Shown here: positions 1 to 9,238 of the stretch, piece by piece
How positions within the stretch are numbered: the stretch's first letter is position 1
How the letters are laid out: every line of letters begins with the position of its first letter
Assembly (NCBI RefSeq): GCF_000315625.1
Contig: NW_005434443.1
Span: 1-57,561 of the forward strand
DNA: 57,561 nt
Direction of reading: 5' to 3'
From: Guillardia theta CCMP2712
Lineage: Eukaryota > Protista > Cryptophyta
Notes under the pieces: generated by a model
What the model was told of the DNA's origin: nothing
What the model saw: only the letters and a program-made list of their open reading frames with translations
Database searches by the model: none
Position numbers and translations under genes: made by a program

Positions 1-1031
1 TCGCTGAACAGAGTCAGGTGTACTCCCTCCATCGCTTCGCTCTCTCGGAAAGCTCGAAATGCTGTATCATTCGCCTCTGGGCAGCTCGAGGAGACGATGC
101 ACTCCACCTCCCTCTGTCTCCAGATGACGTTGGCCCCTACAGCGATGAAGCCTTTCTGACCTAAGCCTTTGTGGACTTGCTGTCCTGGCGCCCCAGCGAC
201 CAGCATGCCTGCCAGCGGCTGGAGTTGGACCGCTGCAAGGGACTGGCGCAGCAGCTGATAGCGATAGACGGCAGCTATCTCAGCCGTTGTCATGCCGCCC
301 AAGGTTAGCAGGTGAGTCAGCTCTGCCAAGCTGCCCCCTTTGCCCCAGGGTCCTCTCTTGGCTCGAATCTTGAAAGATCGATCGTGCACGATGCTCACAT
401 GTACAGCTGTGAACTTGCGACCATCGATCGCGAAGTCCTCTCTTCCCTGCCAGAGCTTCTCCGCTTGTGCATTGCGGAGGAAGGAAACAGTCACCGGGAT
501 CTCCTCAGCACTCGCTATCTCGGGTCTATACGGAGCCTTCCACATGATTGCTTTACTCTCTTGCACTGAGTCTACGATCAGTCCGATCTCTTCAAATTTC
601 TTCTTCAGCTTTTCTTCATGGTTGACATACACCGAGGAGATGCCCAGGAGAGTCATGGAGATGAAGGAAGTCACCTCGTTGCCTGCTGAGGCGGTGTATG
701 TCTCGACCTTCTCCTTCTTGGCTTCTTCAATCTGCTGCATAAACCACTCTCTGGATGCGTCACTCCATCCAGTCATCGCTTCTTGCAGAAACTCACGTCG
801 TGCCTGCTGACATGTCGAGCGGATGGCTTCTGCGATAGCGTCGGGGGTGCATCCCTCCACAGCCTTGCAAGCCTGGGCTGTCCTGCTGTTCGGATAACGC
901 TTCGCGAAGCTCTTCACCCTCTCGACGAGATCAGCTTCGAGGACAGAGGCATCCACAAGTCCGCTCTGCGTGTATTGGCATGATCTCCGATACAGCAGGT
1001 TGCGAACATTTTCATCATACTGAAGAACCAT
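1..1031 (-). CDS. ORF1 protein of family B element (partial; continues beyond the window start)
   Basis: Minus-strand frame from ATG at 1031: MVLQYDENVRNL...QQIEEAKKEKVETYTASAGNEVTSFISMTLLG... It is in frame across the segment deleted in the 12309-14123 copy. Confidence 0.7.
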   Translation of the reverse strand, partial: MVLQYDENVRNLLYRRSCQYTQSGLVDASVLEADLVERVKSFAKRYPNSRTAQACKAVEGCTPDAIAEAIRSTCQQARREFLQEAMTGWSDASREWFMQQIEEAKKEKVETYTASAGNEVTSFISMTLLGISSVYVNHEEKLKKKFEEIGLIVDSVQESKAIMWKAPYRPEIASAEEIPVTVSFLRNAQAEKLWQGREDFAIDGRKFTAVHVSIVHDRSFKIRAKRGPWGKGGSLAELTHLLTLGGMTTAEIAAVYRYQLLRQSLAAVQLQPLAGMLVAGAPGQQVHKGLGQKGFIAVGANVIWRQREVECIVSSSCPEANDTAFRAFRESEAMEGVHLTLFS

Positions 1032-1121
1032 ACTTAGAAAGCTATTTGAAGTATACAAACCTCTTGCTTGCAGCTTCCTTGGCGCCCTGGCGGCTTCCCC
1101 TACACCTGACGAGGAGCCATG

Positions 1122-1184
1122 CTGCCGAAAATAACGGCGCCTCTGCCGAAAATAACGGCGCCTCTGCCGAAAATAACGGCGCCT
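1122..1184. repeat. 21-bp tandem repeat x3 (CTGCCGAAAATAACGGCGCCT) at the element 5' end
   Basis: Read directly from the sequence. Confidence 0.95.
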
Positions 1185-1209
1185 CCTAAACCCTAAACCC
1201 TAAACCCTA
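1185..1209. repeat. Telomeric repeat tract (CCCTAAA)~3.5
   Basis: CCTAAACCCTAAACCCTAAACCCTA; Arabidopsis-type TTTAGGG on the minus strand. Confidence 0.97.
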
Positions 1210-1232
1210 GTAGTAGTAGTCGATTTTTATTA
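1208..1232 (-). other. Element 3' end: AATAAA followed by an (ACT)4 tail joined to AGGGTTTAGGG
   Basis: Minus strand reads TAATAAAAATCG-ACTACTACTACT-AGGGTTTAGGG. Confidence 0.8.
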
Positions 1233-1776
1233 GAATGCTAGAATAGTCGCATCGGGTACCTTCCCGGTCTAGTCTAGTCTAAATGGGTTCTCACGCTTGG
1301 CAGAGCGGCCCTTCTTGGATGGCCCGTTGTGGCATCCAGGGTTCTATCGCTGTTCCGCTTTTTCTGTTGTTTCCATAGTCCTCCGTTCCGAGCCGCCGGT
1401 GCCGTATCTCCTCCGGGCCCGGGTTGACGGTTTCAGTGTAACCGTCCACCTTTCTATTTTTTGCGCTAAGTCCATGTCCCTTCCCTGCCTGCCGCTTGTG
1501 AAGCTTCCCCATCGGTCTGTCCTCGTTGCCCTTTCCCCTGCCGTCATCCATCTGTCTCCTGTGTCCTTGCCCCTTCCTTGCCATGTTGGTTGTTTTTCGC
1601 CTGTGAGGCTTCCCCTTCGGTCTGTCCGTTGACCGTTGCCCTTTCGTCTCCCATCTGTCTTCTGTGTCCTTGCCCCTTCCCTGCCATGCTGATCCTGGTT
1701 GCTTGCTTTTGAGGCTTCCCTTGTGATCTGTCCTCGTTGATCTTTACCCAGTCATCTTCCAACCATCTTATATCCT

Positions 1777-4545
1777 TCATGCTTGTTCTCTGTTAGTCGT
1801 GTCTCCTCGTCTCCTTGAGGTCCACAGCATGTGTTGCACTTCGAGCAGCTGGATGACTATCTTGGTCATGGCTCTGTCAATCATATCCTCGTCCATGAGC
1901 AAGTTCCGGAAATTTGTGGTCCATTCCCGCTCCATAATACTGCCTCTCACTCCTGCAATGAACGTGGCTTGTAAGACCTCTGTGTTGTCGCTCCTGCTTG
2001 TCATCTCTGCCCGCAGTGCTGCATATTTCTGTTCTTTCTCCTGAAACTTTGCTTTCAGGTTTGCCAGACTGCTTCCCTCGCCCGTGAACTCTGAAGTTCT
2101 CGCTATCTCCACCAGCACAATGCGATTGCTCCCTCTGAAGTAGCAGAGCCCATCTGGTATGAGATTGCCGTGCTCTGGTGCAGTCAGTCCTAGCCCTGTC
2201 ATAGAGTTGATTGGCGTTTGCCACCAACTCTCCTGTTCAACACTTTTCTTCTTCCAGCTTTCTGTCAGGCATCCCTTGATTGTCTCCATTACTCTGTTGT
2301 GTGCCAACGCGATCATGAGCTCAAATTCTTTGCAGGCTAGCTGAACATGCACCCAGCTTTCTTCCCTGCCTTCGCACCATGGGCAACAGGGGGATGTCGT
2401 CTTCTTCCACTGGAACAGCTTTTTCCTCGTTGGTGCTGACCAGGTAATAGCTTGGATAGCTGTCCGAAGTACTGATCCGCGACACCTCTGTAAGGCTCGA
2501 CCTAGGATCCTTCTGCCCACTTGTGGTTCCAGGAGAAAGGTTTCCGTCAAGGTGAGGGGGGCTTCTTTCCTCCTCAGTTCCAGTTGTTCTTCTCTGATTA
2601 TCTTATCCCATATTTTCAATCGATCCATCCCCGGCTTGAAGTTCTCTTCGTCTGCAATGCAGAATCCCAAGTCGCTGTCGATGAGGGCCCGTTCCCACGT
2701 GGAGGAGAAGGAGGATTTTCCCTTGCGGGCTTCTTCTGCAGCTTCTTGCACTACGGTGTGGTCTGCGATCATAGAGAGGTTGATCTCAATGCCCTCCCGC
2801 TGAAATTTGCTCAGGCATTCCTGCAGTCTTCCTGCCAAGTCGTATACGAGCTCGTCTTCATACTGCATGGTAGACCATCTGAGGGTGTCCGTAAGAAAGC
2901 GATGCATTCGGGTTGATTTAAAGAGGACGAAGATTTTCCTGATTGTTTTCTGTTTGCCTCTTTGTTCCCAAATCGCTTGTAGGAGTATGCAGAGTGCGAT
3001 GGTATGTGCTCTGATGACGCTGCATTTTCCGTGTATCTTGATCGCTCCGCGTTCCTGCTCTCCTTCCTTGTCTTGCGTGCTGTATCCTATCGACATTGAT
3101 CGACCCTTCCTGTTTCGTGATATGTCGCCGTGGATTGCGGACCACACTTGGTTCCTGTTCTTCTCCTGTTTGGCCGAGGCTTGATAGTTTTCGTTTTGCT
3201 TCCTTCGGTATTCTTGTAGCTCCTCCTGTTCAGGGATCAGGTGTACTGTGAGTTGGACAATTATTCTCTCTTGTTCCGACTCCTTGCAGTAGACAATCAG
3301 GTCGTCTTGTGACTTCCTGAGGCTCCGATCGCCCGTCCTCCAGAAATTTGCAGCGTAGCATATTTCTGATCCTTTAGGTACCTTACCGACTAGCATGAAG
3401 CCGTCAGGGATTTCTTTCCTGAAGCAAGTTTGGTTCCATCCGATCAAGATTGTTCCAGACTCGCATGCGGCGTAGCTGAGGTATTGTTCCTGTTGGTCGA
3501 TCCATATTATTTCACGTCGAACCTCGTCTTCCTGCAAGCTATCGGTTGCGGCCTGGATTGTCGGGTGATAGAGGGTGGGCCAGTTGCTGAACTGTTTTGT
3601 TTCAGCGAGCATCCCCAAGTGTTCTAGAAATTCGTACGACAGCGGAAGGCCTTGTTGTCTATCTCGAATTTCAGCCATGGCGGTGGTTAGATGTTCCCAC
3701 CAAGCTTGCGAGTTGAGTGAGCTGTTATGTGTTTTGCTGATATACTTAGCAATTTGCAGTAGGATCTCTGTCTTCTCTGGGTTCTTGGCTCCATCGTCAT
3801 CTTCTTTCCTCGCAAATGGCGCCGAGCGAAGGGAAGGTTCAGCTTCTTTGATGTCTTGTTCTTGGCCCGTGTGACTTCTGGGCCGGTCCATGATTGCTAT
3901 GTCGCCCTTGATTTTGAAACTTTCCTTACCTTTTAGGATTAGGTGTTCCTGTTGATCCAGATTGCCTAGTAGTTTAGCCATGAGGGATCTTGTGTTTGCA
4001 TGAGCTGGGTGTGGCCTTCTCTCTTCTGCTGCTTCCCGATGCTTTTTGGATGTCTCCTCCCGGTCCTCCTCTGATTGCGGGTGTGACTTTCGTTTTCGGG
4101 TTGTAGCACTATCCTGCGAGGCAACCTCTCGTCTTTTCCTCTTTGTTCCTGATGCTCTGTTGACGCTGCTTACCCAGATGACATTTTCTTGTAGCAGTTG
4201 CATTACGATCCCCTCCGCCTCCTCGCGTTGCCTTGGGAAAGGCCAGAGCTTCCTTGGCAAATGCAGTTCTTCGTCAGCGATAGGTCGTATATTTCGTAGC
4301 AAGGAGAATTGGAGTTTCGGGAGTTGCCTCCATAAGGCTTGGAAGGTCGTCCAGCCTTGTGGTCTGTCGCTGTCGTTCAAGTTTGCCACCATATCCTCCA
4401 TCCTATGAAGGAGGGAGATGCTTCCAGGTAGGTGACCTGCTTCTATGTGGGCCCAGCTGATCCTCGTGTTTAGTTTTTCCGCCAGCCAGACTGCTAAAGC
4501 TTCGGGTCCCCGCACCACATCACGCTCCATAGTTCGAAAATTCAT
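1777..4545 (-). CDS. Retroelement ORF3 (C-terminal half of pol): degenerate RNase H-like region, CCHC zinc finger, restriction-like PD-(D/E)xK endonuclease
   Basis: CPWCEGREESWVHVQLAC (C-x2-C-x8-H-x4-C), then AHN, PDG, VLVEIA and KEQKY, which is the R2/NeSL-type RLE motif order. Confidence 0.88.
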   Translation of the reverse strand: MNFRTMERDVVRGPEALAVWLAEKLNTRISWAHIEAGHLPGSISLLHRMEDMVANLNDSDRPQGWTTFQALWRQLPKLQFSLLRNIRPIADEELHLPRKLWPFPRQREEAEGIVMQLLQENVIWVSSVNRASGTKRKRREVASQDSATTRKRKSHPQSEEDREETSKKHREAAEERRPHPAHANTRSLMAKLLGNLDQQEHLILKGKESFKIKGDIAIMDRPRSHTGQEQDIKEAEPSLRSAPFARKEDDDGAKNPEKTEILLQIAKYISKTHNSSLNSQAWWEHLTTAMAEIRDRQQGLPLSYEFLEHLGMLAETKQFSNWPTLYHPTIQAATDSLQEDEVRREIIWIDQQEQYLSYAACESGTILIGWNQTCFRKEIPDGFMLVGKVPKGSEICYAANFWRTGDRSLRKSQDDLIVYCKESEQERIIVQLTVHLIPEQEELQEYRRKQNENYQASAKQEKNRNQVWSAIHGDISRNRKGRSMSIGYSTQDKEGEQERGAIKIHGKCSVIRAHTIALCILLQAIWEQRGKQKTIRKIFVLFKSTRMHRFLTDTLRWSTMQYEDELVYDLAGRLQECLSKFQREGIEINLSMIADHTVVQEAAEEARKGKSSFSSTWERALIDSDLGFCIADEENFKPGMDRLKIWDKIIREEQLELRRKEAPLTLTETFLLEPQVGRRILGRALQRCRGSVLRTAIQAITWSAPTRKKLFQWKKTTSPCCPWCEGREESWVHVQLACKEFELMIALAHNRVMETIKGCLTESWKKKSVEQESWWQTPINSMTGLGLTAPEHGNLIPDGLCYFRGSNRIVLVEIARTSEFTGEGSSLANLKAKFQEKEQKYAALRAEMTSRSDNTEVLQATFIAGVRGSIMEREWTTNFRNLLMDEDMIDRAMTKIVIQLLEVQHMLWTSRRRGDTTNREQA

Positions 4546-7500
4546 TTCTCTTTGGAGCTCGAGGATTGTTTGGCATCCCCATTCCGCAAACCAGTTTTTC
4601 TCGTTCGATGTATCGTAGCGCTGCTCGCCCTAGGATTGGGGCAGGATGAGGGACCTGCAGCCCTCCATTCTCTGTTGGCAGGTAGAATATACCATTCCCT
4701 GTACTTTTGCTCAGTCCTAACGCTTGTTTAAAAGCTCTGATCCACAGTTGATCTAATTCTTGTAGATCTCGCCAAGTCCATCCAGTCATGACTGCGGAGT
4801 AGCGAAAGACGTTGAGAATTCCAACTTTCACCAGGTAGAATTTTTGCGCAGGAGTATAACTCGACGAGCTGATGTTTTTGATCAGTTCTTTGGTTTTTTC
4901 AAAGACGTATGCTCGTTCTCCCCAAGTGAAAGGGCAGCCCTTTATTCTTCGTCTTTCTTCCTTCCACAGAGAGATGCGATAGCCGAGATATTTGAACGGT
5001 TTAGTAGCCGGTAGGGCTTCGACAGGTTCCCCCATGACCGTTATTTTGTTCGCACCAGGAACCTCTCCCTTGCGAGCATAGTCGAAGCTGGTTATCTCTG
5101 ATTTCTTATTGTTGATTTGCAGTCCTGACCATTTGCAGAAGGAATCCACCACTGCTACCAATTCTCGCATTTCTTTCATCGTGTGTGCGATGAGTACCAT
5201 GTCATCGGCGAAGGACAGGTTGTTTGTTGTTCCTGTGCTGCACTTGTCCAATTGCCTAGAGAGGATGCATAGCACCAAGTTGGCCAGTTGTGGGCTACTT
5301 GCTCCACCTTGTGGCAGCCCGATTATTAGAGGTATTTTCCCTGTGTTGAACTCGTTTGTTTGTATTTGCAGTTCGACTCCACTGTTGCAGGCTATCACAG
5401 TTCTAATGTCCTCAGGATGGAAGCCTAGGCTGTTCATTGCCTGCTCGACCACCTCGATTGCCACATTGTTAAAGAAGTTCGCAAAGTCCAGGTACAAGAG
5501 AATGAGGGACGTTTTGGCCTCTTCTGCTTCTTCTACGATCGAGATCAGTCGATGAGCCTGCCGACTTGTGCTTCTGCCTGGACGGAACCCCTCCTGGAAG
5601 TTTGTGAGGACGTTGTTTGCTTCTACTGTCTTACTCAGACGATGCGCCAGGATTGCCTGAACCAGCCGAGTAAGCGTTGACATGACGCATATAGGCCGCA
5701 TGTTTTCGAGAATGTGACAGAATTGATTTTTTGGCAGGAGGCGTACTCTCGCTGTCTTGTTGAGAACCTCAGCTTTGCCTTCTAGGGCTGCATTGACTAA
5801 CTTGCCAACTTCCTCTCGGCATGCTGGTGGCAGCGCCCGCAGCACTTCGTTCGAAATGAGGTCAAGTCCTGCAGCCTTTCGTCTCGGCGCCGAGGCGAGC
5901 CAGACATCAATCTCTCCCGGTGCCAGGGGTCTGGTGATTTCCTGTTGTTGTCTCCTTGAAAGCTGCACCCCCTCAGGCGGTGTGATCCGTCTTGGGGCCA
6001 CGGTTGTGAACGACTTACATTTTGTGCAGTACGGGGTCATCCCTCCCCCTCCGATGGTCTCGTCGCTTGAGTCAGCCAAGGGGAGCATACATCCGATGTT
6101 TGAGCATTTTGAGCAGGTCCCTTGTTTCGTGCATGCGTTGACGCTGAAGAAGAATCGTGTATGGTCCGCGTCCTCAAGCTCTCTAACCTTCTGCATTGGG
6201 AGATGATCCGTGAGATCACGGTATCCTGCTATCTCCCATGTTGTTTTATCCGATTCTTCTAGTGCTACAATTGCTTTCGTGATTGTGTTTGCAGGTAGCA
6301 GTGATAGAAAGAGCCAGTCATCTGTCCCCTCTCGCTCGATCCCAATCATCAGTTGCTGGTTTGCACTCCAAAATGCTCTAACACCCCTCGTGTCTTCGCT
6401 AGATAAGGTTGCTTCGATTTGGTTGATGAGCTCGTCGGCATTGTCGACTATCTTGCCGAGCAGTCGAAGAGCCAAGCCTTTGTGGCAACGAAGGGAGTTA
6501 GGGTGTTTTTTCTTGATGTCTTGACTTATCATCGGTTCTTTGGGAGTGAAATCATTCTTGCGTCCCATTGCATTCTGGGATTCACGGCTGCCTACCGTGC
6601 CAAGCCGTGTTTGCTGTTGTTGGCAGATCTCTTGGAAAACTTCGTTGTTTTGTTCTTCACATATCGTTCTGAACCTCTCGATCTTAGTTCGCAATTCTCG
6701 TTGTAATGTAGCTTCCGTAGGTACTCCAGTCGCTGGTCTTTGCTGTGATGCTTCCCTAAGTTTAGTCCGCAAGTTGCGGATCGATCTCTTCAAATCCATT
6801 TGTTCTTTGTTCGCGTGTCGCCTCCCTCCCTTTCTGATTTTTACCTCCTTTAGTGGTAGAGAGTTGGCGAGCATCTCACAAATGTTACATTCTTGCGCCT
6901 TAGCTCGCATGTCTCGTATGTTTGCATCTAGTTGTTGCGCCCATTCGATCTTCTTCTCCTCCCACGTATCGCGATCCAGCACCCATCTGCTTTTAGGGGT
7001 TTCCCCCCTCTTCTGTCGTGTATTCATCTGATGCACTTCCACTCGTGGGATTAGCTGCGTCTCCTCGGATGTGAACTTGGTGTGCACTTGCACCACCAGG
7101 GCTCTGTGATCAACTGCTCCCCCTATCACACAGCCGTCGACCGTCCACGATTGAAGGGAGATGTTGGGGAAGTTGTCCTCATTAGTTGGGGGGTGGATAG
7201 CGAGGACTGCGTCGAGTTTGGCTTCTATCAATTCTTGTTTGTACCATGTTGAGAAGGTAAATGTTGTCCCAGTCTCGCTGATCTGTTCATATGAGAGTGT
7301 ACGGTGTGCGGAAAGGTCTGCCAGGAATTTCTCGAATCTCTCATCTGCTTTTGCGGTGATAGATGAGGGGGAATATCCTCTCCGCATTGGTGTTGTTGTG
7401 TTGGTTCTTGCTGCATTAAAGTCTCCGGCTATGATGTGTGTCTCTCTCGTTCCCAGAGCGAGGTGTAGCAGCTCTGCCCACAGTTCCCCTTGCTCTCGAA

Positions 7501-9229
7501 TCGCATTTTCCGCCGGTACCTGATGGAGGTTCGTGACTACGAAAGAATTTTTCCCTGTTCCGACTTTGATCGAAAACACTCGGTTTCGATATTTCTTTTC
7601 TTTGTTGCACGCCTGAGCGGCATGGGAAGGGGAAGGCGAGAGGGAAGCGTGGACCAGCGTTACCAACCTCAGGTCTCCTTTCCCCTTCTTGGCATTGATC
7701 TTCGCAGGCCCCAGGAAGATTCTGTAGCAGGCCCAGTTCTCCTTGATCATCTTCCTTAATTTGTTCTCGTCGCGGGCCGAGACCCTTACCTCTTGTAGTA
7801 GCACAACCCCAGGTTGGAAGGACTGGATTAAGTATGCGAGGATGTGCTTGAGAACAAAGTGATTGCAACCATTCACATTTTGTGAGATGAGGAAACCTGG
7901 GTCTGAGCTTTTTCGATGCATCTGCGCCCAATCATTGCCCCTTTGCTCCTCCTGCCTTTTCCCCCTCCGCTCCTTCCCTCTCTGGGAGGTTTTCTCTCCT
8001 GAGTGTGCATTCTCCTCCATTTCCTCACCAAAAAGTCTTGGTTGGGGCTTCGTGGTGGTCGCCTGCCGCTGGATTGCGATCGGCTGTACCTTCTCCTCAG
8101 GCTTTGCCGTCGAGGTCATCGGCCGCTGGATTGCGTTTGGCTGTACCTCCTCCTCAAGCTTTGTCGTCGAGGTCATCAGCCGCTGGATTGCGTTTGGCTG
8201 TACCTCCTCCTCAAGCTTTGTCGTCGAGGTCATCAGCCGCTGGATTGCGTTCGGCTGTACCTCCTCCTCCGGCTTTGTCGTCGATTTCAAGCTCTCTTGC
8301 ACCCTCGCCTCCTTCGGCAGAGATCGCAGAATTACCTGGGCCGTTTCCTCCATCTTCTCCAGATGGGTGAGAGCTGCAATCAGTTGTGTTCTGGTTTGCA
8401 TCAGCCATTCTTGCGGAAGTCTTAGTCTTGTCCTCGTTTCCATCGTTGCTAGCCAGTCTTGATTTGTCTCGCAGAGCAGTAGGGTGTGAAGGATAGCAAA
8501 CACTCCGCAGTTGAAGTTATCTTCCTGTTGGAAGGCTGAGCACCACTGTATCTGCCATGGGGCATTGGTCTGATCGTCAAAGATGTGTTCGATCACTCCG
8601 ATTGTCAGCTCAGCCATTTCTCTTGCTCCTTTTGCGTGCTCCCCCGTTGTTACAAGATTCCTCGCTCCCTCGATCCCTCGTGGGTCCCTCGTTGTGCTCG
8701 TTCTGTCCTCGCAGAGGGGGTCCAAGATGTACGCGCATCGCCGATCATATCTTAATGCAATTAGAATCCAGTGGTTGCTGTGGATGATAGTTGGGAACAG
8801 GAAGGTGTGTTGCTCATCTCTCAAGCTGCTGAGGTGAAATCTGTTCCCGACTCTCAAGCGGGACGCCTCGTCTCGCAGACTGGATATTACCCTTGGCAAG
8901 AAGATGATGTTCCGCGTTTGCTGGTCCTCACGAGCTCTCCCTTTGCGTACCATATGTATTGCTCTTCCTCCTTGAAGAGCCTTGCTCATCTCATTGAGAG
9001 TAACTTCGATCATGTTCTCGCATAAAAATCCGCTTACTCCTCGATTGTTCAGGGCAGTGATGCCAAATTCCTTGTCGCCTCGTTTGTCTGACCATGGGAT
9101 CTCCTCGATCCAATCAAAAAAATACAATGTTCTATCTACATGTTGCGTTTCCTTTGAAACCGTTTCCCTCTCCCCCCCTTGCCTACTCCCGGCACTCCCC
9201 CCTTCCTCCTCCCTTCCTCCTCCTGTCAT
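4520..9229 (-). CDS. Retroelement ORF2: Ulp1/C48-like cysteine protease, APE endonuclease and reverse transcriptase
   Basis: Protease: NHWILI, ILDPL, QQEDNFNCGVF (~8470-9100). APE: SQNVNG, LLQEV, AGDFNA, KLDAV, VDH (~7090-7900). RT: KAAGLDLI, LLPK, RPICV, QEGFRPGRS, LDFANFF, LPQGGASSP, FADD, KYLG, ENGGL (~4650-5900). Confidence 0.95.
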   Translation of the reverse strand: MTGGGREEEGGSAGSRQGGERETVSKETQHVDRTLYFFDWIEEIPWSDKRGDKEFGITALNNRGVSGFLCENMIEVTLNEMSKALQGGRAIHMVRKGRAREDQQTRNIIFLPRVISSLRDEASRLRVGNRFHLSSLRDEQHTFLFPTIIHSNHWILIALRYDRRCAYILDPLCEDRTSTTRDPRGIEGARNLVTTGEHAKGAREMAELTIGVIEHIFDDQTNAPWQIQWCSAFQQEDNFNCGVFAILHTLLLCETNQDWLATMETRTRLRLPQEWLMQTRTQLIAALTHLEKMEETAQVILRSLPKEARVQESLKSTTKPEEEVQPNAIQRLMTSTTKLEEEVQPNAIQRLMTSTTKLEEEVQPNAIQRPMTSTAKPEEKVQPIAIQRQATTTKPQPRLFGEEMEENAHSGEKTSQRGKERRGKRQEEQRGNDWAQMHRKSSDPGFLISQNVNGCNHFVLKHILAYLIQSFQPGVVLLQEVRVSARDENKLRKMIKENWACYRIFLGPAKINAKKGKGDLRLVTLVHASLSPSPSHAAQACNKEKKYRNRVFSIKVGTGKNSFVVTNLHQVPAENAIREQGELWAELLHLALGTRETHIIAGDFNAARTNTTTPMRRGYSPSSITAKADERFEKFLADLSAHRTLSYEQISETGTTFTFSTWYKQELIEAKLDAVLAIHPPTNEDNFPNISLQSWTVDGCVIGGAVDHRALVVQVHTKFTSEETQLIPRVEVHQMNTRQKRGETPKSRWVLDRDTWEEKKIEWAQQLDANIRDMRAKAQECNICEMLANSLPLKEVKIRKGGRRHANKEQMDLKRSIRNLRTKLREASQQRPATGVPTEATLQRELRTKIERFRTICEEQNNEVFQEICQQQQTRLGTVGSRESQNAMGRKNDFTPKEPMISQDIKKKHPNSLRCHKGLALRLLGKIVDNADELINQIEATLSSEDTRGVRAFWSANQQLMIGIEREGTDDWLFLSLLPANTITKAIVALEESDKTTWEIAGYRDLTDHLPMQKVRELEDADHTRFFFSVNACTKQGTCSKCSNIGCMLPLADSSDETIGGGGMTPYCTKCKSFTTVAPRRITPPEGVQLSRRQQQEITRPLAPGEIDVWLASAPRRKAAGLDLISNEVLRALPPACREEVGKLVNAALEGKAEVLNKTARVRLLPKNQFCHILENMRPICVMSTLTRLVQAILAHRLSKTVEANNVLTNFQEGFRPGRSTSRQAHRLISIVEEAEEAKTSLILLYLDFANFFNNVAIEVVEQAMNSLGFHPEDIRTVIACNSGVELQIQTNEFNTGKIPLIIGLPQGGASSPQLANLVLCILSRQLDKCSTGTTNNLSFADDMVLIAHTMKEMRELVAVVDSFCKWSGLQINNKKSEITSFDYARKGEVPGANKITVMGEPVEALPATKPFKYLGYRISLWKEERRRIKGCPFTWGERAYVFEKTKELIKNISSSSYTPAQKFYLVKVGILNVFRYSAVMTGWTWRDLQELDQLWIRAFKQALGLSKSTGNGIFYLPTENGGLQVPHPAPILGRAALRYIEREKLVCGMGMPNNPRAPKRNEFSNYGA
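8060..8290 (-). repeat. 60-bp coding tandem repeat x~4 (TTKLEEEVQPNAIQRLMTST) in the protease-APE linker
   Basis: Visible in both DNA and protein. Confidence 0.9.
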
Positions 9230-9238
9230 GATTCGGTT

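Larger units (their letters stand above)
1..1184 (-). mobile_element. Non-LTR retrotransposon family B, 5' portion (5' repeats plus ORF1), running off the window edge
   Basis: Nearly identical to 13020-14123. The encoded protein aligns with ORF1 of the full-length element (ISMTLLGISSVYVNHEEKLKKKFEEIGLIV vs ITMAILGVPTQYIKQVEVLCEKLKDQGLLV). The 5' end abuts a telomeric tract. Confidence 0.85.

Noticed and set aside
1-1209. Claim that the window start is the physical chromosome end
   Set aside because: The window begins inside an element and no long terminal tract is visible. A terminal location is inferred only from repeat orientation and array structure.
4650-5900. RT as telomerase (TERT) or a Penelope-like/retron RT
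   Set aside because: The motifs and the flanking APE and CCHC-RLE domains are typical of non-LTR retrotransposons. No TERT T/CP motifs or GIY-YIG domain were seen.
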